The notes below the pieces were generated by a model, which ran no database searches, was not told the origin of the DNA, and saw nothing but the letters and a program-made list of their open reading frames with translations. Below are positions 10,023-19,597 of a stretch of DNA of 29,198 bases, piece after piece. This stretch comes from a virus (Duplodnaviria > Caudoviricetes): the IMG/VR virus record IMGVR_UViG_3300024305_000002, positions 1 through 29,198 of that record; one strand, given 5' to 3'. The position numbers and the translations under genes are program-made. The number at the start of each line of letters is the position of its first letter. Position 1 is the stretch's first letter.

Positions 10023-10387
10023 AATTGTTCCTCCAAAATAATATTCGATTTAGATAATGTAATTTCAATCTCTTTGAAGCCATTACTATTTGTTACAGTA
10101 GTAATATTTTGAGCTTCAAAAATCTCATCATCCAACTTTACTGCATACATTGCATCTCTCTTCAGTTCTTGGAATGGGATGACTAACATGTAAACAACAT
10201 CAACATCTATTTGCTTGTATTCAATTTTGGTTTTGTTATAGATGGCTTTTTCACGATAATAGATTTGTGTTCCTGGCTTGATGTACTTTCTTTGAAATGT
10301 TTCATTTGTAAAATGAACTTCATGCAATGTACAAGAACCATCGTGATAACTAGGAAGACGATTGTAATCGATTAATTTGCGTGTCAA
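10019..10387 (-). CDS. Head closure/head-tail adaptor (start probably TTG 10387)
   Basis: Beta-rich ORF after the gp6-like gene. SD GAGGGTGA 5 nt before TTG. Confidence 0.65.
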   Translation of the reverse strand: MTRKLIDYNRLPSYHDGSCTLHEVHFTNETFQRKYIKPGTQIYYREKAIYNKTKIEYKQIDVDVVYMLVIPFQELKRDAMYAVKLDDEIFEAQNITTVTNSNGFKEIEITLSKSNIILEEQL

Positions 10388-10652
10388 ATATCTCACCCTC
10401 ATATTTCTTCTTAAATTCATCTATAACTCCAAAATAAGCATGTCGAACGTATTCTTTTAAAAGTGATCGAGCACTTAAATCTGTTTCAAAATTGATATCT
10501 ACAGCACCAGCTCCAATTACGAGTGAATTTAAAAAGTATTCACCTTCTTTAATTTTTTGAGTTATATTTTCACTTGGAAATGAACTTGGTAATTGTAAAT
10601 CACTCTTAACTTCATTAAGTAAAGTCTCTAATTGGGCAGGTAACATTGACAT
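10350..10652 (-). CDS. Head-tail connector (gp6/gp15-like)
   Basis: Helical 100 aa protein, LLNEVKSDLQ...ARSLLKEYVRHAY. SD AAGGGAG. Confidence 0.75.
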   Translation of the reverse strand: MSMLPAQLETLLNEVKSDLQLPSSFPSENITQKIKEGEYFLNSLVIGAGAVDINFETDLSARSLLKEYVRHAYFGVIDEFKKKYEGEIFDTQINRLQSSS

Positions 10653-10653
10653 A

Positions 10654-10971
10654 CTATTCTCCCTTATTTACGTCTAAACTTAAATCATTTGATGCTTGAT
10701 TCTTATCTAGTAAGTTTGGATCATTAAGTGTTTGATTTTCATCTAACAAGTTTATACTTTCATTCACAACTGTTTTTTCTGTTACTGTTTCGGTTTTTTT
10801 TGAATCATCAACTTCAACTATTAAAACTCTTTTAAGTTTATTTTTGTCAGAAGCTAATTCTTTTAATCGTGCTTTTTTGACTTCACTACCATCATGGGGG
10901 AATAAATCCCCCACGTTGTAGATATGTCCAGTTTGTAGGTCTCTAAATTTAGAAACTACTTGGTATTTCAT
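10654..10971 (-). CDS. Small capsid-adjacent protein with low-complexity C-terminal tail
   Basis: FRDLQTGHIYNVGDLFP...RLKELASDKNK, a type commonly seen right after capsid genes. TAATG coupling to the capsid gene. Confidence 0.6.
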   Translation of the reverse strand: MKYQVVSKFRDLQTGHIYNVGDLFPHDGSEVKKARLKELASDKNKLKRVLIVEVDDSKKTETVTEKTVVNESINLLDENQTLNDPNLLDKNQASNDLSLDVNKGE

Positions 10972-12104
10972 TAAGCACCTTCAACTACGGAAACAGTTCT
11001 AACAGTTGGAATATATTCCTCTAACTTTGTTACATCAAACACATAAGCACAATTATCATCTTCCGCTCTACCATTTCCATAAGCCTTGATAACAAGAGCA
11101 TCTACATCATCTAATGCTTTAGCTTCTTTGTATTCTGTAAGATTGAATCCATTTAGTCCCATAGTGTATTTACCTTCTAGTGTAAATGCAGCTTTCCCAA
11201 GAGGATTATTTGGAGTGTCAATAACTTCAATATTCTTGTATGATGAAATCATTTTTCCTTCTTTGTCATATAATGCTGGTTCAACATAAGTTGCCTTGTC
11301 AGAAGGATTACATATTAAATAAATCTTATCGATTGAACGTTTACCACCATTATTCAACGCATTCTTTACAGGAGCTAATGTTTTAGGTGAAAAGTCTGTA
11401 ATCTCAGTACTTAATGTTTTTGCTGTATGAACTCCATCCACAGAAGTATTTATTAATCGATAGATACCAATTGGTGCATCTTTTCCATCTTCATTTAAGT
11501 ATCCATCTTCGATACCATCTTCAAAAGCTTCTTTTAAGATAGCCATAAAGTATTTATCGACATATGGTAATCCTAGATCTCTAATTGATTTTGGAACAAG
11601 TAATAACACATGGAACTTTGAAACTTCCATATTTAATCCTGTAATACTTGCACTTAATTCAGAAGTAATCGCTTCAGTTAAGCCACCCCATTTGCCTTTG
11701 CCAGTCTTTGAAGCAGTAAACCATCTCTTAACTCCAGCTGGTGCAAAATTTATTAGCTTTAATAATTTAGATTCTTTTTTAACATCTTCTAAAGTGCGAT
11801 CAATAATAGTAGTTGGAATAAAATCAACTTGATCAATCGTGATGGCTTGTTTAGGCCCAGACTTAAGGATGTTATAAAACTTAGTTTCTTCTTCATTCAA
11901 AATACGCAAATTTAGTGATTTGGCAAATTGTTCATCAGATGCTGCACGATTTGCATCAGCTAAAATCTTTTGAATTAATTCATCATTCTTGGCTGAAACG
12001 ACTAATTCCATCGCTTCAAGTAATGCAGATGGTTTGTCCTCCGCACTGTTGAGTAATGCTAAAGCTTTCTCTTTAGCTTGTTTTACGATATCGTCTAATC
12101 TCAT
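10971..12104 (-). CDS. Major capsid protein, HK97 fold (start revised to ATG 12104)
   Basis: N-terminal helical delta-like region, IPTTIIDRTLEDV, WGGL, GKDAPIGI. SD GAAAGGA and ATGA overlap with the protease stop. Confidence 0.93.
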   Translation of the reverse strand: MRLDDIVKQAKEKALALLNSAEDKPSALLEAMELVVSAKNDELIQKILADANRAASDEQFAKSLNLRILNEEETKFYNILKSGPKQAITIDQVDFIPTTIIDRTLEDVKKESKLLKLINFAPAGVKRWFTASKTGKGKWGGLTEAITSELSASITGLNMEVSKFHVLLLVPKSIRDLGLPYVDKYFMAILKEAFEDGIEDGYLNEDGKDAPIGIYRLINTSVDGVHTAKTLSTEITDFSPKTLAPVKNALNNGGKRSIDKIYLICNPSDKATYVEPALYDKEGKMISSYKNIEVIDTPNNPLGKAAFTLEGKYTMGLNGFNLTEYKEAKALDDVDALVIKAYGNGRAEDDNCAYVFDVTKLEEYIPTVRTVSVVEGA

Positions 12105-12790
12105 AAATTTCCTTTCTTCCCATTTAAAAAGGACTTCCATGTGTCCTTGGGTTCAACATTAGTTTTTGATTCTAAATCTTTTTCTAATTGCTTGTTCTTA
12201 ATCACCAACTTATAGAGAAAGTGATTTTCAAGACTTTGCTTAGGTCCATCTTCCGAAACCACAGTTGCAAATCCATACTTTAAAGCTTCATCTGCAGATA
12301 TCCATGTTTCATCATCAAGCATTTTTTTAATCTCTTTTTCAGATAAATTACTGTTTGATAGATAAATTTCTATGGATGGTTGTGTAACTTTTTCTAACCA
12401 TTCTGCTGTTTTTCGCAACTCATTAGCATTACCCGCTGCATATGCCCAAGCATTATGAATCATGAGTAAACTAGATCGTGGCATAATGCGTTGCTTCCCA
12501 GCCATGAAAATTACAGAAGCTGCAGAACAGGCAAATCCATCATTAATCGTAATGACATTTCCATTGAATGACTTAAGAAGGTTATAAATACCTAAACCTT
12601 GACTTACTTCACCGCCATAAGAGTTTATTCTTACGGTTAGATTTGGAGTAGTTACCTTGGATAAATCATTTGCAATATCATAAGATCCTACATCTGAATC
12701 TTCCCATGACATTGAACTAATATCACCATGAATAATTAATTCCGTATTCGATTCATCTTCGCTTTTAACTAGTTGATAGAATTTCTTCAC
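12101..12790 (-). CDS. ClpP-like prohead maturation protease
   Basis: INSYGGEV, ACSAAS (Ser), MIHNAW (His), DETWISADEALKYGFA. Between portal and capsid; GTG start with SD GGAGGTG. Confidence 0.95.
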   Translation of the reverse strand: MKKFYQLVKSEDESNTELIIHGDISSMSWEDSDVGSYDIANDLSKVTTPNLTVRINSYGGEVSQGLGIYNLLKSFNGNVITINDGFACSAASVIFMAGKQRIMPRSSLLMIHNAWAYAAGNANELRKTAEWLEKVTQPSIEIYLSNSNLSEKEIKKMLDDETWISADEALKYGFATVVSEDGPKQSLENHFLYKLVIKNKQLEKDLESKTNVEPKDTWKSFLNGKKGNL

Positions 12791-13965
12791 TTTTCTTCAC
12801 CTCCTTTCTCCTTAGTATAGTTTTTGGTTATATAATGCTCATTTGCCCATTCTTCATTGATCGGTTCAAGACCACCAATTTCTCGAATGTCATTATGAGA
12901 AAACCCAATTCTAAATAATGCTTCACTATCTTTACTTATATCAATGATTGAAGTGTGGAGTATTTTAGTTCGATCTATTCTTACTTTACTTCCAGATATA
13001 TACTCTTCTTTTGTTGATATTTTTGCATTAATTCCGTCTTCAATAATTTCAAGAAAAGGCATAATAGCATTCGTGATCATATCAACATTTGAAGTTGATT
13101 TATCTGTCTTATTTCCAAGCATAATATCAACAGGAATATTAAAAGTTGATGCAACATAATTGAAAGCACCATCAATAAGTTTTCGATAATCTTCAGAAGT
13201 TTTAGCAGAATCAGTTATTAAGTTATTGATTTCAATATTACCAGGTATATTCAAGATAGCTGGATCATCTGAGAAAAGATCGTTAGCAATAATTTGAATA
13301 TACTCACTAGCGCTATATGTTTTTTCTCCAGTTTCTTTGCTCCTAATTTGAGTACCACCCCCACCAGGAAACTTAATTCTAAATTTTTTACCATTCTTGA
13401 ACTTGTAATCAAAGGCAGCAAACGCAATTAGCTTAGAATACTCATTCATGAAAACTTCTAGCATGTTTGTTATTTGGGAGTTGCCTAATGAAAAGTAAAA
13501 TACCTCATCCATGCTGAATGTACGACTCATCTTATATAGATTGTCACCATTTAATGTTTTAAGATGAATGTTTTTAAACTTCTTAGCAAAAACAACTTCA
13601 TCTGTTTTATCGAATGTTTCAGCTAGATATAACTTGGAATTTAATATAATAACTAATGCTTCGTTTTTTATTATGAGTTTTCGAACTACATCTTTCCAAA
13701 ATGTCGTTCCATCTGCATTATCATTTGGACGTATATTCAATCGATAGTAGATATCATCAGTTATAGATTTAACTTGTTTAGTCTTATCATCATACTTGAA
13801 AACTTTAAACTCTAATCTAGATATAGTCTTACTGATTAGATCTACACACTTCTCAACTGCTAATTCTTTTGCACTTAGTTGAGCTAATTTTGCAGAGTAT
13901 AAACCAGAAGCAGCATCTATCAGGACACCATCTTTGTTTTCAAAAAACATACTAAATATTCCCAT
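12787..13965 (-). CDS. Portal protein, HK97 family
   Basis: 392 aa after terL: LNIRPN, VASTFNIP, SHNDIREIGGLEPI...HYITKNY. Confidence 0.93.
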   Translation of the reverse strand: MGIFSMFFENKDGVLIDAASGLYSAKLAQLSAKELAVEKCVDLISKTISRLEFKVFKYDDKTKQVKSITDDIYYRLNIRPNDNADGTTFWKDVVRKLIIKNEALVIILNSKLYLAETFDKTDEVVFAKKFKNIHLKTLNGDNLYKMSRTFSMDEVFYFSLGNSQITNMLEVFMNEYSKLIAFAAFDYKFKNGKKFRIKFPGGGGTQIRSKETGEKTYSASEYIQIIANDLFSDDPAILNIPGNIEINNLITDSAKTSEDYRKLIDGAFNYVASTFNIPVDIMLGNKTDKSTSNVDMITNAIMPFLEIIEDGINAKISTKEEYISGSKVRIDRTKILHTSIIDISKDSEALFRIGFSHNDIREIGGLEPINEEWANEHYITKNYTKEKGGEEK

Positions 13966-13977
13966 ATATACTCCTTT

Positions 13978-15642
13978 CTAGATGTAAATATTAACTGGTT
14001 CGAGCATATCAAATTCACTCATTGCAACCATATGAGCCATTAATGGATCATTCTTTCTAAGCTTTGGTTCAATCTTGAAGTATCTCTTATTCCCTAATCC
14101 ATCAATTTGAACTCCAGTGTTATTACATGCCCATCTCCACAAGGCACTATTACCAGCATTAATCTTACCTTCTGCAAAATTGTATTCAATTATTGGAGCA
14201 ACCATAGCATTAACAGATGGAAGATTACGAATCATTCGAACAAGGTTGTTTGGATTATCTCTGTCTTCTGCTTCGATTCCATATGATTCAAAAATCTTTT
14301 TAATCATTCTAAACCTATAGCTATCCATAATGATCTTCATAACATAATATTTAGACATTTCTTGATAAACCCAATCGATAACTTTTTGAGCATCAATAGA
14401 TGGACCATAAACTAATTCAAAGTCTTGATAACCAGGCTGTCCTATCATTTCAAAAGGAAACTTTATATCTTTGAAAAAAGGTGATCTTGTGCAAATCCAT
14501 GTCTTGCTTATCCAAACTACTTCTCCATCGACATTAAATAAAAACCCCGCTGTTGCGAAGTCTCTTAAATCAGCAAAGTCAATTCCAACAATACATGATC
14601 TATCTCTAAGCTCCGGTAGTGGTCTCGGAATCTTCATGTCTTCATCTAGATGTGTAGTCTTTCTAATTTGTTCCCAAGTTGCAATCATTATTGCATCATC
14701 TCTTTTTGGGAAGTTCATTCTTTTTGTAAAGAATTCAACTCTTAGACTTGGAAACTTTTGCATCTGAATATAATCATATTCAATTTGCTCTTTTAAAGTA
14801 GGAAGATCATTAATACTAGGATTAGCTTTAATCCAATTTCTTGGATCATCCGCTTCCTCTTCTTTTTGAATTCTGCAAATAAATGGAAATATTCGTATTG
14901 AATTCTCTTCACCCTTTAAAATACTTTTTGAAACACTCATCAATTCATCTAAAACTCCATCACGTATATTCCCATCAGTTGATGTTATAAATGTCCTTGC
15001 ATGTGGAATTTTACCTAATGCAGATGTAAACACTTTTACTTGATCTGCTGATTCGTAAGCGTGATATTCGTTAAACCATAATGCACCAATCTTCTTTCCA
15101 TCTTTTGTTTTTGCGTTTGAAGTATTAAATCTTAATTTAGATCCAGTTTCTATATTTGCAATAACTTCTTTATTCCATTTGAATTTAGGTTTAAAGTATT
15201 CCTTATTTTCTTCAAGCATTTCATATACCACATCAAAGGAATCATTGGCTTGATCTTCACTATTCGCGACTATTTCAATATGATAATTCTTAATGTTATA
15301 CATTGGTGTTTGAAAGAAATTTAATGTAGGACTAATAAATCCATCTTTTCCGTTTCCTCGACCCATATATGTAAAAATTATTTTGAAATATGGAGTATTT
15401 TTATAGAAAATAAACAAGAAATATAGAATAAATTTCTGATAAGTAAATAGTTTTACATACCATTTCTCACAATAATTAATACAGTTTCGATACATTGTTT
15501 CATTAAAAACTAGATCATCACGTTCAAATAATGGTAAAACTATGTTTTTAATTAACAGTTTTACATCATCACTAATCATGTCGGGATTCTTATCACAAAA
15601 ATCAATATAATCAGATACTTCTTTAACCTTAATAATAGCCAT
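13978..15642 (-). CDS. terL: Terminase large subunit
   Basis: Walker A GRGNGK, Walker B-like LWFNEYH, nuclease GIDFADLRDF and C-terminal KND. Confidence 0.96.
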   Translation of the reverse strand: MAIIKVKEVSDYIDFCDKNPDMISDDVKLLIKNIVLPLFERDDLVFNETMYRNCINYCEKWYVKLFTYQKFILYFLFIFYKNTPYFKIIFTYMGRGNGKDGFISPTLNFFQTPMYNIKNYHIEIVANSEDQANDSFDVVYEMLEENKEYFKPKFKWNKEVIANIETGSKLRFNTSNAKTKDGKKIGALWFNEYHAYESADQVKVFTSALGKIPHARTFITSTDGNIRDGVLDELMSVSKSILKGEENSIRIFPFICRIQKEEEADDPRNWIKANPSINDLPTLKEQIEYDYIQMQKFPSLRVEFFTKRMNFPKRDDAIMIATWEQIRKTTHLDEDMKIPRPLPELRDRSCIVGIDFADLRDFATAGFLFNVDGEVVWISKTWICTRSPFFKDIKFPFEMIGQPGYQDFELVYGPSIDAQKVIDWVYQEMSKYYVMKIIMDSYRFRMIKKIFESYGIEAEDRDNPNNLVRMIRNLPSVNAMVAPIIEYNFAEGKINAGNSALWRWACNNTGVQIDGLGNKRYFKIEPKLRKNDPLMAHMVAMSEFDMLEPVNIYI

Positions 15643-15964
15643 TCGATTCCTTTATAGGCTTTTTAACAACAACTTCTTGAAGTCCTAAATCAGCTAGTAT
15701 CTTTAACATTGAAACTGTGACTTTCCCTAGATTTTGAACGGATTCATTTGCTTTTGAAACTTTGATTCCGTTGCCATTAAATGTATCAAATCGAATACCA
15801 TATTCTCGTATGTCTGCCTGGAGTTTTTCTTTTAATTCCCAATAGTAAATATAGTCATCAACAAGGTTCTCAAAGTGTTCTCCAACCTTGTTATTTTCCT
15901 TAAGTTGTTCAATTAGTGACTTCTTAATTCGTTTTTTTAATGATTCATTTATCTTTGAAGCCAT
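15629..15964 (-). CDS. terS: Terminase small subunit, P27-like
   Basis: 111 aa, LVDDYI...DIREYG...KANES...MLKILADLGL, directly upstream of terL. Confidence 0.9.
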   Translation of the reverse strand: MASKINESLKKRIKKSLIEQLKENNKVGEHFENLVDDYIYYWELKEKLQADIREYGIRFDTFNGNGIKVSKANESVQNLGKVTVSMLKILADLGLQEVVVKKPIKESNGYY

Positions 15965-16084
15965 AATTGACCCCCTTTCTCATGTGTGCACGCGGAATAT
16001 TTACGTTTAGACACCCCACTAGTCCGTTCGCCAGTCAAAATAAAATAGCATTAGATTTAACCCGGGGGGTATTTATAAAAATAG
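15965..16084. other. Putative cos packaging region
   Basis: GC-enriched intergenic block between HNH and terS. The - strand reads ACCCCCCGGG...AACGGACTAGTGGGGTG...CCGCGTG. This is the usual cos position in HNH-terS phages. Confidence 0.6.
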
Positions 16085-16441
16085 TTACCATCTCTCTTGT
16101 GTTAATGGCATCTTGTGTTCAAACAACTTACTTCTTTCTTCTACAATTTCATGACAAGAGAAGCAAAGACTTACTAAGTTTTCTAATGTAAGACATAGCT
16201 CTGGATGATCCTTAAGAGCCTTGATATGATGAACATATTTCGCATCTTTGTATGCAACACGTTTGATTGGAATGTGTGAATTCCATTCTCCAGAACATCG
16301 TTTGCAATTGTAGTGATCACGTCTTAATGCAAGCAACCTAACTGCTTTCCATTCTTTCGTATAATAGAATCGGTTAGGATATGGCCCACGAATAATAGAT
16401 GTTAACTCTTGAATAGTTTTTATCATTGTTATCTCATTCAC
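16085..16441 (-). CDS. Terminase-associated HNH endonuclease (HK97 gp74-like)
   Basis: FYYTKEWK, RDHYNCKRC, VHHIK, ENLVSLCFSCH. Immediately upstream of terS. Start uncertain because there is no clear SD. Confidence 0.92.
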   Translation of the reverse strand: MNEITMIKTIQELTSIIRGPYPNRFYYTKEWKAVRLLALRRDHYNCKRCSGEWNSHIPIKRVAYKDAKYVHHIKALKDHPELCLTLENLVSLCFSCHEIVEERSKLFEHKMPLTQERW

Positions 16442-16447
16442 GCATGC

Positions 16448-16472
16448 AAATAAAAAGAGACATTTCTGTCTC
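16448..16472 (-). terminator. Terminator-like hairpin upstream of the HNH gene
   Basis: - strand GAGACA-gaaa-TGTCTC followed by TTTTTATTT. Confidence 0.6.
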
Positions 16473-16489
16473 GGTTATATATCTCATAC

Positions 16490-16540
16490 TTTTCACTTCT
16501 ACCACAAATTATCATTTTTCCGTGGACTTGTCCATACTTA
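16490..16540 (-). promoter_or_regulatory. Putative activator-dependent late promoter region
   Basis: Intergenic gap before the packaging operon. Palindrome TGGAC-TT-GTCCA (16523-16534) lies upstream of weak TGn -10-like sequences, with no consensus -35. Confidence 0.35.
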
Positions 16541-16548
16541 CTACTCAC

Positions 16549-16773
16549 CTAAATACACCATTTATCTAATACAAGATATCCAGAATGAATTAATTCTTTA
16601 ACATCTACTTTATCAAATGAACTCATATGATCAAGTTTATCTAGGTTATCTAAATCCTCATCAGATAATTTATCATGTTGTTTACGATACTCTCGATACT
16701 TATGATAATTGAATCTAATCTTAGGATCATTATTATTTACAGTTAACTCTTTAGTTGCTTTAACATCTTCCAC
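16549..16773 (-). CDS. Hypothetical protein
   Basis: 74 aa ORF overlapping the upstream gene in the operon direction. Confidence 0.55.
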   Translation of the reverse strand: MEDVKATKELTVNNNDPKIRFNYHKYREYRKQHDKLSDEDLDNLDKLDHMSSFDKVDVKELIHSGYLVLDKWCI

Positions 16774-17003
16774 TCTTCAATATCTCCCATTTGAAACTTA
16801 TCGTTTAACCAATCAAACATTATTTCTTTATCATAAAACTCTTCAGTCCATGAATTACCAGTTGAGTTATCTACGGCAACATACTTACCTGGTGCTACTT
16901 CTGTCCAGTATTTACCAATAGGAGTATAGAACTCAATGATTAAATCAAGTTCTAATGCTCCAACTTCTTGAATTTTAAACATACTATCATCTAGATTAAC
17001 CAT
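16743..17003 (-). CDS. Hypothetical acidic protein
   Basis: 86 aa, SD AGAGGA, YVAVDNSTGNSWTEEF motif. Confidence 0.7.
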   Translation of the reverse strand: MVNLDDSMFKIQEVGALELDLIIEFYTPIGKYWTEVAPGKYVAVDNSTGNSWTEEFYDKEIMFDWLNDKFQMGDIEEWKMLKQLKS

Positions 17004-17024
17004 TAATTTCCTCTTTCTAATTTC

Positions 17025-17441
17025 TTACTGATTCATTCTTTTAACAAATGCATCTATCTCTTCATCTATTTTTTTGTAGATTAATGATTTAGCGCATTCA
17101 TGAATTTCAACCATTTCGCTAATATTCTTTTTCTTGATATATAAATCAATCACAATTTGTTTAACATCAATTGGAAACACTGAACATTCATCAATGAATT
17201 TATTTACAATGAATAATTTATATTCATGGTTAGTTAGTTCTAGCAAATAAAAGTCTTCTTTATCCATGTTACTGATGATTAACTTCTCCCTTGAAATAGG
17301 ATTTTGCGGAATCTTAGCAATTGAACTACCTGCCTTTTCTTTCATATTTCGAATAACCGTAATATTATCCTGGTCAATCTTAATTGCTCTTTTTAACATG
17401 TGATAGTTTATTAATGCTTCTTTAATATCTGTCTTAATCAT
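17025..17441 (-). CDS. Late transcriptional activator (RinA/ArpU-like)
   Basis: 138 aa: N-terminal L..Y coiled coil and C-terminal sigma-region-4-like HTH (KQIVIDLYI...SLIYKKI). Lies just before the packaging genes. Confidence 0.7.
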   Translation of the reverse strand: MIKTDIKEALINYHMLKRAIKIDQDNITVIRNMKEKAGSSIAKIPQNPISREKLIISNMDKEDFYLLELTNHEYKLFIVNKFIDECSVFPIDVKQIVIDLYIKKKNISEMVEIHECAKSLIYKKIDEEIDAFVKRMNQ

Positions 17442-18223
17442 TAAACAGACCTATGTATACCACTTGCAAGTTGATCAAGTGTATAACCTTTTCTATTCCA
17501 AGATTCTAAACAAGCCTCCATATAGCTTAAGCTAAGTTTTTTATACAGTACTGATTCAATTAGCGATAATTTCATTTTCTTAAATCCGTATGTATAAAAC
17601 ATTTCTTTTAACTTCTCTAATTCTGTAACTGATAAAGTTCTTTTGAATTCTATCTCAACTAAACCAATTAATTCTTCAGATGTTTCAACTGGAGGAATTG
17701 GATCGTCACTATATTCTTCTAAGTAAGAATAATCTTTATCTTTTTCTAGTTCTTTATCTAGTTCTTGTTCTTTATCTTCTTCTACTGCGTTATTTTCCGT
17801 TAGTGGTAACGTTATCGTAACGTTACTATTTGCTAATAACCTCTGTTTTTCTCTGTGTTTTTCTTGTCTTTTTCGATTTTGAACACTAATTTTTTGAAGC
17901 TTATCAAGTTCTTGATATTCTTCCCAATTCTTAATGAAAATGATTTGATCAAAACGTTCTATCATCTTGAATTTTTCCAAAGTCATAAGCGCTATCTTAA
18001 CGAAATCAATAGTGAAATCAAAGTCATCAGCTAAATCTTCTTCGGTATATGGAATATCGCTTGTATAGAACAAAGCACCATTCTGATTTGATTCACCTGC
18101 TCTAGCTAGTAAGAAAACCCAAAGTAATACAATATCATTTCCACCAGGTAATTTTCTAATTCGTTTAATTTTACGATTATCCGGTAAAGTAACATCCATC
18201 TTTATCCATTTCACATCAGCCAT
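17441..18223 (-). CDS. Replication initiator (replisome organizer N-terminal domain plus DnaD-like C-terminal domain)
   Basis: MADVKWIKM...KIKRIRKLPGG...NWEEYQ, E/D/K-rich linker, EFKRTLS...YMEACLESW. Confidence 0.9.
   Translation of the reverse strand: MADVKWIKMDVTLPDNRKIKRIRKLPGGNDIVLLWVFLLARAGESNQNGALFYTSDIPYTEEDLADDFDFTIDFVKIALMTLEKFKMIERFDQIIFIKNWEEYQELDKLQKISVQNRKRQEKHREKQRLLANSNVTITLPLTENNAVEEDKEQELDKELEKDKDYSYLEEYSDDPIPPVETSEELIGLVEIEFKRTLSVTELEKLKEMFYTYGFKKMKLSLIESVLYKKLSLSYMEACLESWNRKGYTLDQLASGIHRSV
17730..17830. repeat. Iteron-like repeats, probable phage replication origin
   Basis: GTAACGTTA at 17806 and 17817; CGTTA at 17788, 17798, 17810 and 17821; adjacent CTTTATCT and CTAGTTCTT repeats. 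Confidence 0.6.
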
Positions 18224-18452
18224 GATTCACCTCTGGAACATCTAGTTGAGCACTAATTTCTTTTAACATTTCAATTCCTTCAGGAGTAAACATATGCTTC
18301 TTAGTCACAAGAATTGTATCGATGAATGACTTCTTACTTTTATCGGAATACTTCATAGCTCCAACATGTGGTTGTATTCTCGTGTTGATATCACATAGAT
18401 CTAATTCTTCTCTTAAACCACTTGGTCTCAAAACAATTACTTGGTCACGCAT
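18216..18452 (-). CDS. Hypothetical protein
   Basis: 78 aa, SD GAGGGGAG, overlaps both neighbours. Confidence 0.7.
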   Translation of the reverse strand: MRDQVIVLRPSGLREELDLCDINTRIQPHVGAMKYSDKSKKSFIDTILVTKKHMFTPEGIEMLKEISAQLDVPEVNHG

Positions 18453-19200
18453 TTATTTTTCTCCCCTCAATAACGTAAGAACCATCTTTCAATTCTCTAA
18501 CAGTGCAGTCATAACCAAACTCTCGAAGATCATTTAAGATGTGTTCTTCACGTCCTTTAAATTTCTTCTTTGTAATCAAGGCATTGCCTTTCTCTTCTAT
18601 ATTTCTAAAAACGTAAGCTTCTACATACTTAGTTGAATGATTACACCGTTTTTCAATAATGACTGGATTATTATCATATGTGTTCGCTATACCTATACGT
18701 TTCAATCGAATGGATTCTAGTGCAGTGGTTAATATATCCCAATTCATTCGAGTAATCGAATAGGACCCATTCCGATACTTTTCTATCGTTAATTTATCCA
18801 TTTTTGCATGAGTCGCAAGTTCTTTATCAGATATATCATTCTTAGACATTTCTTCATTCAAGATACTCTGACGATCAATTCTTCTTTGTATTTCTTCACC
18901 TGGAATAACAATAGGACCTCTCGGTTTATTACGATGATCCACAATCTCTTGAATAGCTTTTATTAATCGATTATGGGTCTTTTTAGTTAAAACTGTAGAT
19001 CCTCTTCGATAGTGCACGATAGCTCCAATTGACATGCCTAATCTCTCAGCTAGTTCACCATTCGTTACTTCACAATCTTTCATTTTCTCAATCAATTCTA
19101 TGCGCAAAGCTTCACGTTTTTTAACTTCATCATCTGTTATGACATGCTTCATAATTGTGCTCCTAAAGTGGTCTAAATCGGCTATAAAATGTTTGGTCAA
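18445..19200 (-). CDS. DNA-binding protein with two tandem XRE-type HTH domains and a C-terminal domain
   Basis: TNGELAERLGMSIGAIVHYRRG and SDKELATHAKMDKLTIEKYRNG. Confidence 0.75.
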   Translation of the reverse strand: MTKHFIADLDHFRSTIMKHVITDDEVKKREALRIELIEKMKDCEVTNGELAERLGMSIGAIVHYRRGSTVLTKKTHNRLIKAIQEIVDHRNKPRGPIVIPGEEIQRRIDRQSILNEEMSKNDISDKELATHAKMDKLTIEKYRNGSYSITRMNWDILTTALESIRLKRIGIANTYDNNPVIIEKRCNHSTKYVEAYVFRNIEEKGNALITKKKFKGREEHILNDLREFGYDCTVRELKDGSYVIEGRKINA

Positions 19201-19210
19201 TAACCTTATA

Positions 19211-19597
19211 TTATCGGTGATTTTGAAATCGCTTATATCGCCTTTGTTTATAAGGCTTTATTGATGATTTCTTGAGAACAATAGTTTTTGATAAATTCGA
19301 CCTACTTTTTTCGCTGTTTTTAATGAGTTTTCCTATCTCTTCGAAGGTATATCCAGCTGCAATAAAAGTATCGAATATCGGTGTTAGAATTTGTTGGATT
19401 GAAGTGTACAATTTAGCAATTGAAATTCGATTAATTCCATATTGTTCATCAAGAAACTTCTCTATATCTGATTGATTTAAATCTTTACTAAACTCTTTAA
19501 TTCGGTCATAAAGCTCATTTTTATTTGAACCATGACCTATAACTGCTATATGAGTTTTCTCATAATCCATATCGTGGACCTGGTACTCGAATAGCAA
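19211..19597 (-). CDS. Hypothetical protein
   Basis: 128 aa in the operon direction with a basic C-terminus. Start uncertain. Confidence 0.6.
   Translation of the reverse strand: MLFEYQVHDMDYEKTHIAVIGHGSNKNELYDRIKEFSKDLNQSDIEKFLDEQYGINRISIAKLYTSIQQILTPIFDTFIAAGYTFEEIGKLIKNSEKSRSNLSKTIVLKKSSIKPYKQRRYKRFQNHR

Noticed and set aside
10685-10755. 12-aa tandem repeat NLLDENQTLND/NLLDKNQASND
   Set aside because: Two degenerate copies in a disordered tail; no evidence of function.
16441-16548. tRNA gene in the gap before the packaging module
   Set aside because: No cloverleaf or T-loop (GTTCRA) motif; only a short terminator-like hairpin.
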